A stretch of 64,000 bases of DNA from positions 17,646 to 81,645 of the forward strand of contig UQPT01000002.1 of the NCBI GenBank assembly GCA_900543045.1. The letters run 5' to 3'. The notes beneath the pieces were generated by a model. The model worked only from the letters and a program-made list of their open reading frames with translations. It was not told the origin of the DNA and made no database searches. The first letter of the stretch is position 1, and the number at the start of each line of letters is the position of its first letter. Below are positions 57,691 through 64,000 of this stretch, piece by piece. The stretch comes from an uncultured Collinsella sp. GTDB lineage: Bacteria > Actinomycetota > Coriobacteriia > Coriobacteriales > Coriobacteriaceae. The translations under genes were made by a program, and so were the position numbers.

Positions 57691-57826
57691 TTGCGCCAAG
57701 CGGCGTGTGCCGTTAAGCGGAGGGGGTGTATTCCCGACCCATCGTTTGGGCATACAATGGCTATTGTCTTGCTGCGGTGAAGGCCTGTCCGCTCCGCAGC
57801 TGTTTTCTACGGTTAAAGGAGAATGT

Positions 57827-59647
57827 ATGTCCGTTGAGGTCATGAGGTCTGTGATCGAGGCCGCCGAGGGCCGCGTGCCCGTCGACACGCTGTTTACCAA
57901 TGCGCAGATCGTCGACGTGTATGGCCAGCGTGTGGCGCCCGGTAGCGTTGCCGTCAAGGACGGTGTGATCGTCGGCGTGCTCTACGATGGTCGCGACGAT
58001 GCCGCTGGCACCTACGAGGCAACTGAGGTCGTCGACTGCCAGGGTCGCTATCTCGCTCCCGGTTTTATTGACGGGCATCTGCACATTGAGTCCTCGAACA
58101 TCCGTCCCGCCGAGTATGCTCGCATGGCCGCGACGCGCGGTACTACCACCGCCATTGCCGACAGCCACGAGATTGCCAATGTTGCCGGTCTCGACGGCCT
58201 GCGCTTTATGATCGAGGATGGTCGTCGTGCGCCCATCTCCATCAAGTACATGATGCCTTCGTGCGTGCCCGCACTGCCCGACGAGCAAGCGGGCGCTGTG
58301 ATTACCGCCGCTGACATGCAGGCGTTTTTTGCCGAGCATCCGGGCGATGTCTTTGGTCTGGGCGAAATGATGAACCTGCCGGGCGTCTTTATGGCCGACC
58401 CCGAGACCTGTGCCCGCATCGATGCTGCCAACCAGACGCCGTCCAAGCAGGTTGACGGCCACGCGCCGCTCGTTGCCGGTATGGACCTCAACGCCTATGC
58501 CGCAGCGGGCATTATCGCCGACCACGAGTCGACGATTCCCGAGGAGGCGCTCGACAAGCTGTCCCGCGGCATGTATGTGATGCTGCGTGAGGGCACGTGC
58601 AGCCACGACCTGGCCAATTTGTCTCCGATGCTGCTGGAGAACCCTGCCCGCGCCCGCCGCTGCTGCTTTGCGACCGACGACCGCGCTCCCTCCGATGCTC
58701 TTTCGACCGGCATGATCGACAATGCCTGCCGCGTGGCCATCGAGGCCGGCATCGACCCGGTGGTCGCCATCTCCATGGCGTCCCTTTCCACGGCTGAGGC
58801 ATTTGGCCTGGACCACGGCTGTCGCGACCCGCATGAGCTCCGTGGCGCGATCGCCCCGGGCAAACGCGCCGACCTGCTGTTGCTCGATGACCTGACGTTT
58901 GCCAAGGCTCCGCATCGCGTATATGCCGCCGGTGCTCTGGTGGCGCAGGACGGCACCTTTGTGGGCGAGATCGCACCCGAGATGGCCGAGGTTGCGGCCC
59001 TTGCCGATGAGCTGCGCGCCTCCGTTAAGCTGCCGAAGCTTTCGCTCGACGTGTTTGACTATGCCTTTAAGCCGGGCGAGGCCGTGATTGACGTGGTGCC
59101 GGGTAAGGCCATCACGGGCATGGCTCGCCCCGAGAGCGCCGAGGGCCTGCGCCGCATTATGCTGATCGAGCGCCACGGCCGCGGCGTGTCACTGCAGGCC
59201 GAGGGCGCCGACGGTGATGGTCCTGCGGGCCTGGGTCTCGTTGGCAAGCACATTGGTCGCGGCTGGGTGCGCGGCTTTACCATCACGGGCGGTGCCATCG
59301 CCTCGACGATTGGCCACGATTCGCACAACGTGTGCGTGGTGGGCGACAACGCGGCCGACATGATGGCTGCCGTCGAGGCTGTTGGCCAGGGCGGCCACGT
59401 GCTGGTACGCGATGGCGAGGTCGTAGCGCGCATCCCGCTGGCGCTCGGTGGCCTGATGAGCGAGGGCACGGCCGAGGATGTCGCCGCGCAGCACGACGAC
59501 TTTATGGTCAAGGCGCGCGCCATGGGCATCGAGCCGCCGCTCGACCCCATCATGGGCATCATCTTCCTGCCCCTGCCGGTGATCCCGACGCTCCGCATCC
59601 GCCCCGAGGGCATGTTCGACGTCACCACCTTCACCTACGCCGACTAG
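57827..59647 (+). CDS. ade: Adenine deaminase
   Basis: PGFIDGHLHIESS, DSHEIANV, PSCVPA, LGEMMN, DGHAP, DHE, ATDD and HDSHN; RBS AAAGGAG. Confidence 0.93.
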   Translation: MSVEVMRSVIEAAEGRVPVDTLFTNAQIVDVYGQRVAPGSVAVKDGVIVGVLYDGRDDAAGTYEATEVVDCQGRYLAPGFIDGHLHIESSNIRPAEYARMAATRGTTTAIADSHEIANVAGLDGLRFMIEDGRRAPISIKYMMPSCVPALPDEQAGAVITAADMQAFFAEHPGDVFGLGEMMNLPGVFMADPETCARIDAANQTPSKQVDGHAPLVAGMDLNAYAAAGIIADHESTIPEEALDKLSRGMYVMLREGTCSHDLANLSPMLLENPARARRCCFATDDRAPSDALSTGMIDNACRVAIEAGIDPVVAISMASLSTAEAFGLDHGCRDPHELRGAIAPGKRADLLLLDDLTFAKAPHRVYAAGALVAQDGTFVGEIAPEMAEVAALADELRASVKLPKLSLDVFDYAFKPGEAVIDVVPGKAITGMARPESAEGLRRIMLIERHGRGVSLQAEGADGDGPAGLGLVGKHIGRGWVRGFTITGGAIASTIGHDSHNVCVVGDNAADMMAAVEAVGQGGHVLVRDGEVVARIPLALGGLMSEGTAEDVAAQHDDFMVKARAMGIEPPLDPIMGIIFLPLPVIPTLRIRPEGMFDVTTFTYAD

Positions 59648-59692
59648 TCATCGGGGACGTTCTTAAACGACTAGTCGTCGGGGACACTCTTC
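59646..59692 (+). repeat. GGGGAC-family doublet, left member of an inverted pair
   Basis: AGTCATCGGGGACGTTCTTAAACGACTAGTCGTCGGGGACACTCTTC; near-identical reverse complement at 60711-60757. Confidence 0.8.
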
Positions 59693-59853
59693 CGTGTGTC
59701 GCCTGCCGCCGCGGTCGTGGGCTCTCTGGCACGCGTGAGCTATTTGCCAGGTCTATGTAACGTTTACGCCCGCGGAGTCTTATTTGAGCTCCCTTTGGGT
59801 ACGTTGGAATCGGATACACGTTCGATTCCAACAAGCCCGAAGGGAGCTTTTCT

Positions 59854-60648
59854 ATGTTTAAACTGATCGCATCCGATATGGACGGCACGTTGCTTGACGA
59901 AAACGGCCAGGTGCCTCCCGAGACCTACGAACTGATTTTGGCGCTACGCGAGCATGGCGTGCATTTTGCCGCATCGTCAGGCCGCCGCTACGATCGCCTG
60001 TGCGAGTTCTTTGCGCCCGTTCGCGACAAGATGGACTTTGTCGCAGCTAACGGTGCCCAGGTCTTCGCCGACGGCAAAATGGTAGACCGCGAGGTGTATT
60101 CGCACCTGGCGATTCGAAAGCTCGCCCAGGCCGTCGCGACGTTTCCCAATTTGCACCTTGCGCTCTTTGACCGAACCAAGTCCTTTTTGCTCGATGACGA
60201 GAGTAAGTTCGTGCGCGAGGTCGATAAGGACCTTCCCAATGCCGAACGTATTTGGGAGCTGCCCGATCCCAGCGGAAATATCATCAAGGCGAGTATCTTT
60301 TGCGATGACTGTGCCGTTATGGACAGCGCCTACGTACTGCAGCGCGAACTTGGTCAGCTCTTTACCTTTGCGCCTTCGGGCAACGCGTGGATCGATGCCA
60401 TGCAGCCCGGTGTGTCGAAGGCCTCGGGCATCGCGCAGCTCGCGGAGCATTACGGCATTGGGCGCGACGAGGTCATGGCGTTTGGCGATTCGATGAACGA
60501 CTACGAGATTATTCGCTTTGTCGGCACGGGCTGTGCGATGGAAAACGCGCGCCCCGCGCTCAAAGCGGTTGCCGATCGCGTCGTAGGCTGTAACCGTGAC
60601 CACGCCGTTCAGCATGAGCTCCGTCGCGTGCTGGAGAGTCTCTCCTAA
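59854..60648 (+). CDS. Cof-type HAD IIB hydrolase
   Basis: SDMDGTLL, SSGR, ANGA, VSKA and FGDSMND. Confidence 0.92.
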   Translation: MFKLIASDMDGTLLDENGQVPPETYELILALREHGVHFAASSGRRYDRLCEFFAPVRDKMDFVAANGAQVFADGKMVDREVYSHLAIRKLAQAVATFPNLHLALFDRTKSFLLDDESKFVREVDKDLPNAERIWELPDPSGNIIKASIFCDDCAVMDSAYVLQRELGQLFTFAPSGNAWIDAMQPGVSKASGIAQLAEHYGIGRDEVMAFGDSMNDYEIIRFVGTGCAMENARPALKAVADRVVGCNRDHAVQHELRRVLESLS

Positions 60649-60657
60649 TCCGGCAGA

Positions 60658-60757
60658 TGGGGACGTTCCTTTTCTGCCGATAGTGGGGGACAGTCCTTGC
60701 AGCTTTTTGCGAAGAGTGTCCCCAGTGACTAGTCGTTTAAGAACGTCCCCAATGACT
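60658..60757. repeat. GGGGAC-family cluster: two forward and two reverse units
   Basis: TGGGGACGTTCC / GGGGGACAGTCC (27 bp apart) and GAGTGTCCCCA / GAACGTCCCCA (27 bp apart) between convergent genes. Confidence 0.8.
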
Positions 60758-60766
60758 GACCAATGA

Positions 60767-61609
60767 CTAGGCGAGGGCGGCCATGATGGTGCGGGCGACG
60801 CCGTCGTGGTCGTTGTCGTATTCGGTGATGGCGTCGGCGGCCTCGCGATCTTCGGGCTCGGCGTTGATCATGGCCATGCCATGGCCCGCTGCCTGCAGCA
60901 TGGGGATGTCGTTGATGTTGTCGCCGAACGCCCAGGCGTCGGCGAGACGCTCGCCCAGATGCTCACACAGCCACGTGAGGGCCGTTCCCTTGGTGGCGCC
61001 TTCGCCCATAACCTCGATATTCATGGCGTACGAACGCGTGACCTCAATGCCTCCGAGCGTGTCGAGCGCCGCCGCGATGGCGTCGCGATCGGCGGGGTCG
61101 TGCCAGTACATAGCGATGCGTTCGAGCGTCTCGACCTCGTCGATCTTGCTGTCGATATTCATGTCGATCGGCGTTCGTGTGCGCTTGAGCGAAGCCGCGA
61201 TGTGGGGGTCGCCGCCACAGAACTCATCCAGACGCCCGTATAGCGAGCGGGGGAGGAAGCACTGCCCATCCGCGAAGATATCGAAGGTCACATCGTGGCC
61301 GGCGGCAATGCGATGGATGCGGTGGGCAATGCCACGGTCGAGCGGACGGCTCAAGATGCACGTGGCGCGCGAGGCGTCGGTGGGCGTATCCTCGTCGAGC
61401 TGCCAGACGCTGGCGCCGTTGGCACAGACCGCGTAATGCACGGCGGGATGGGCGAGAATGGGCCCAAAGATGCCCGACAGTGGACGTCCCGTGCAGGGAA
61501 CAAACTCGATGCCACGACGTGCGAGCTCGTCGAGCATCGCCCAGGTGGCATCGCTCATCTGCTTATCGCTCGTCAGCAGCGTCCCATCCATATCGGAAAA
61601 CACAATCAT
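60767..61609 (-). CDS. Cof-type HAD IIB hydrolase
   Basis: SDMDGTLL, CTGR, ANGA, ATKG and FGDNIND. Confidence 0.92.
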   Translation of the reverse strand: MIVFSDMDGTLLTSDKQMSDATWAMLDELARRGIEFVPCTGRPLSGIFGPILAHPAVHYAVCANGASVWQLDEDTPTDASRATCILSRPLDRGIAHRIHRIAAGHDVTFDIFADGQCFLPRSLYGRLDEFCGGDPHIAASLKRTRTPIDMNIDSKIDEVETLERIAMYWHDPADRDAIAAALDTLGGIEVTRSYAMNIEVMGEGATKGTALTWLCEHLGERLADAWAFGDNINDIPMLQAAGHGMAMINAEPEDREAADAITEYDNDHDGVARTIMAALA

Positions 61610-61695
61610 TTGATGCAGCCCTTTCTACTGGCATAAAAAGCGTGGCCGAGGGCTTGGGTCCCTGGCCACGCTCGAGTTCTATAACGGTTCGCGTC

Positions 61696-63114
61696 CTAGC
61701 GGTCGGCGAGCGGCTTGTACTCCAGCGGCTCGATCACCGGACGATAGGCCGGGCGAATAATACGGTGCGCGCAGAAGAGCTCTTCCATGCGGTGTGCCGA
61801 CCAGCCGGCCATGCGGGCGACGGCGAATAACGGCGTAAAAAGCGTCTCGGGCACGCCGAGCATCTTGTAGATAAAGCCTGTGTACAGGTCGATGTTGGCG
61901 CAGATGGGCTTGGTCATGCCGTGGTCGCGCATGACCTGGGGTGCCAGGCGCTCGATGCGCTCGATGAGCGCGAACTCTTCGCCCAAGTCCTTCTTGGCTG
62001 CCAGCGAGCGCGCGTAACGGCGGCAGACCTCGGCGCGCGGGTCGCTGAGCGTATAGACGGCGTGGCCCATGCCGTAGATGAGACCCGTGCCGTCGAAGGC
62101 CTGCTTGTCGAGGATCTTGCCCAGATAGGCTGCGACCTCGTCCTCGTCCTCCCAGTTGGAGACATGCGCGCGGATGTCCTCGTGCATAGACACGACCTTG
62201 GCATTGGCACCGCCGTGGCGCGGGCCCTTGAGCGAGCCGATAGCCGCGGCGTAGGCGGAATACGGGTCGGTGGCCGATGAGGACAGCACGCGGCAGGCGA
62301 ACGTGGAGTTGTTGCCGCCGCCGTGCTCGGCATGCAGCATGAGCATCACGTCGAGCAGCATGGCTTCGTCGCGGGTGAACGCCATGCCACCGCGCAAGAC
62401 CTGTAGGATGGTCTCGGCGGTGGAGAGGCCGGGCGTGGGGTGCGGCACGTGAACCTCGGAGCCGCGAAGCTTGGCGACCGAGGCCATGTGTGCGAAGGCG
62501 GCGATGCGCGGGAGACGTGCGAGCATGGAAATGGCGACGTCGATTTCGTGCTCGGGCGTGATCACGTCTGGTTCGGCATCGAAGGCGTAGAGCAGCAGTA
62601 CGGCGCGCTGGAGCACGTTCATGATGCTCGACGACACCGTGGTCATAGGGAACTCTTTAACGTACTCGTCGCTCAGATGTCTAAAGGCGCCCAGGCGCTC
62701 GCAAAAGCCGTCGAGCTCTTCCTTGTTGGGCAGCGAACCCGTGATAAGCAGATAGGCGACTTCCTCGTAGCCGTAGCGATTCTCGGCCTGGGCATTGTTG
62801 ACCAGATCCTCAATGCTGTAGCCGCGAAGCGTGAGCTTGCCCTGATCGGGCACGACCTTTCCGTCGACCTTGTTGTAGCCGTGCACATCCGAGATACGAG
62901 TGAGACCCGCGACCACGCCCGAGCCGTCGGCATTGCGCAGGCCGCGCTTGACATTGTGCTCGACAAACAGGCCCTCGTCATAAGGGTCGGTCGGCAGGCC
63001 GTGGTAGAGGCTTTCGCTCTCAGACGAAATCTGGCGGCTTGCTTCGTAATCCAGGACTAGTCGGCTCAAGTGGTCATCGAAGCGGTAATAGATTTTCTTG
63101 GCGTCGTAGGCCAT
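61696..63114 (-). CDS. gltA: Citrate (Si)-synthase family protein
   Basis: LHAEHGGGNNSTF, GPRHGGAN, YGMGHAVY..SDPR and ANIDLY. Confidence 0.9.
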   Translation of the reverse strand: MAYDAKKIYYRFDDHLSRLVLDYEASRQISSESESLYHGLPTDPYDEGLFVEHNVKRGLRNADGSGVVAGLTRISDVHGYNKVDGKVVPDQGKLTLRGYSIEDLVNNAQAENRYGYEEVAYLLITGSLPNKEELDGFCERLGAFRHLSDEYVKEFPMTTVSSSIMNVLQRAVLLLYAFDAEPDVITPEHEIDVAISMLARLPRIAAFAHMASVAKLRGSEVHVPHPTPGLSTAETILQVLRGGMAFTRDEAMLLDVMLMLHAEHGGGNNSTFACRVLSSSATDPYSAYAAAIGSLKGPRHGGANAKVVSMHEDIRAHVSNWEDEDEVAAYLGKILDKQAFDGTGLIYGMGHAVYTLSDPRAEVCRRYARSLAAKKDLGEEFALIERIERLAPQVMRDHGMTKPICANIDLYTGFIYKMLGVPETLFTPLFAVARMAGWSAHRMEELFCAHRIIRPAYRPVIEPLEYKPLADR

Positions 63115-63191
63115 GCGCGCTCCTCTCCGGGCCGCATCGGGGTGACTTGCATGGGCATGCGCGCGTCAGGCTATCCCCAGCGGCTTGCTCG

Positions 63192-63479
63192 CTACAGGCG
63201 GTACATAAAGTTAAAGACGTCCTCGCGCTGGATGGACACGTTGACGCCCGAAAGCTCGCCGGCCTCGGCCAGGGCCTTCTGCAGCTCGGCGAAGTCGAGC
63301 TTGGACTCGGCGGTATCGGCCAGCATGGTCATGGTGAAGATGTCCTCGATAATGGACTGCGTGATGTCGCGGATGTCGACGTTGGCCTCGCCCAGAACGC
63401 GGGTGACGCCGGCGACGATGCCGGGGCGGTTCTTGCCAAGGACGGTGATGACGATACGGGAGGACGAGATCTCGGCCAT
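63192..63479 (-). CDS. ACT domain protein (UPF0237-like)
   Basis: ITVLGKNRPGIVAGV...NIRDITQ-like segment...QREDVFNFMYRL. Confidence 0.88.
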   Translation of the reverse strand: MAEISSSRIVITVLGKNRPGIVAGVTRVLGEANVDIRDITQSIIEDIFTMTMLADTAESKLDFAELQKALAEAGELSGVNVSIQREDVFNFMYRL

Positions 63480-63876
63480 GGGAAACCCTTTCGCGTGATT
63501 GCGGCGCGCGCGGGGCGCTCCGCTACGGTACAGTGTTCATCATTGTACCTGTCTGGCGCAAAAAAAGGCGCGCTCGCTGCGGCGTTACATGCCTGCAACA
63601 TGAGCGTAAGGGGGAAGGCCGCACGGGGAAGAGCCGTCTGGCGCGTGTCCGGCTCGTGTTGGGTTGATTTCCGATCTCAGCCGAACACATTGAGCGGACA
63701 GGCCGTTCCCGCAGTCAGCCGAACGCCTCCGACGGCTGATTCCGAACTGGAAGCGGAGGGCATCCCCGCCCTTCGGTAGGGGATACCGCTCCGCGGCGCA
63801 TGCCGCGGGCGGCGCCCCTATCGGACCACCGTGACCTCAGTTGGGATGGGCCCAGCACTGCCGCGTACTCGGTGAG

Positions 63877-63999
63877 CTAGAGCCAACTGTTCGTCTTCAC
63901 GTCGCGTATGGCGATATTTCGGTCGTCCGGCTCGGTGATGCCGTAGCCGAACGCCTGGAGCGTCTCGATGGACTCCTGGATCCTCTGTTGGAACATGGG
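63877..63999 (-). CDS. 3' end of an unidentified CDS (truncated by window edge)
   Basis: Manual translation ...PMFQQRIQESIETLQAFGYGITEPDDRNIAIRDVKTNSWL*, with GC-rich third positions. Confidence 0.45.
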   Translation of the reverse strand, partial: PMFQQRIQESIETLQAFGYGITEPDDRNIAIRDVKTNSWL

Positions 64000-64000
64000 A

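Noticed and set aside
57720..57826. Purine riboswitch upstream of adenine deaminase (also checked upstream of the permeases)
   Set aside because: Only an isolated TTTCTAC is present; the three-way junction and loop motifs are not evident. An Rfam scan would settle it.
1..64000. rRNA, tRNA, tmRNA or RNase P genes
   Set aside because: No cloverleaf or rRNA signature recognised by eye; tRNAscan-SE/Infernal were not run.

Overview
High-GC bacterial chromosome segment; gene content and codon style suggest a gut Coriobacteriia such as Collinsella (inference, not searched). From left to right: (1) a mannose-family PTS (IIB partial, IIC, IID, IIA) with a GH172/DUF2961 glycosidase and a ROK fructokinase, then a DegV remnant, an oxidoreductase and a DeoR regulator; (2) an RluA-type pseudouridine synthase and a U32/RlhA-type hydroxylase; (3) a ~28 kb anaerobic, selenium/molybdenum-dependent purine (uric acid) catabolism cluster (ridA, two YheO-type regulators, two NCS2 permeases, ssnA, ygfK, an RnfB-like polyferredoxin, xdh, dpaL, ygeY, ygeW, MocA-like transferase, hydA, yqeC, yqeB, xdhC), split by an accessory block at ~22.3-27.4 kb that starts where a carbamate-kinase-like gene is cut off after 8 codons; (4) the spc/alpha ribosomal protein cluster, which begins at rplE without rplN/rplX and runs to rplQ and truA; (5) GT2-like protein, argR, class A PBP, a second U32 protein, tyrS, adenine deaminase, two Cof-type HAD hydrolases, citrate synthase and an ACT protein. 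No rRNA, tRNA, CRISPR-cas or intact transposase was recognised. The most unusual signals are non-coding: an exact 33-bp-period repeat/spacer array upstream of an AAA_14/DUF4143 ATPase-nuclease, an ~81-bp-period array of inverted 16-bp arms with fixed 25-nt loops, a dispersed GGGGAC repeat family with strict 27-bp spacing, and a shared TGATAA-N7-TTATCA-like candidate operator across the purine cluster. All protein calls come from motif recognition by eye.
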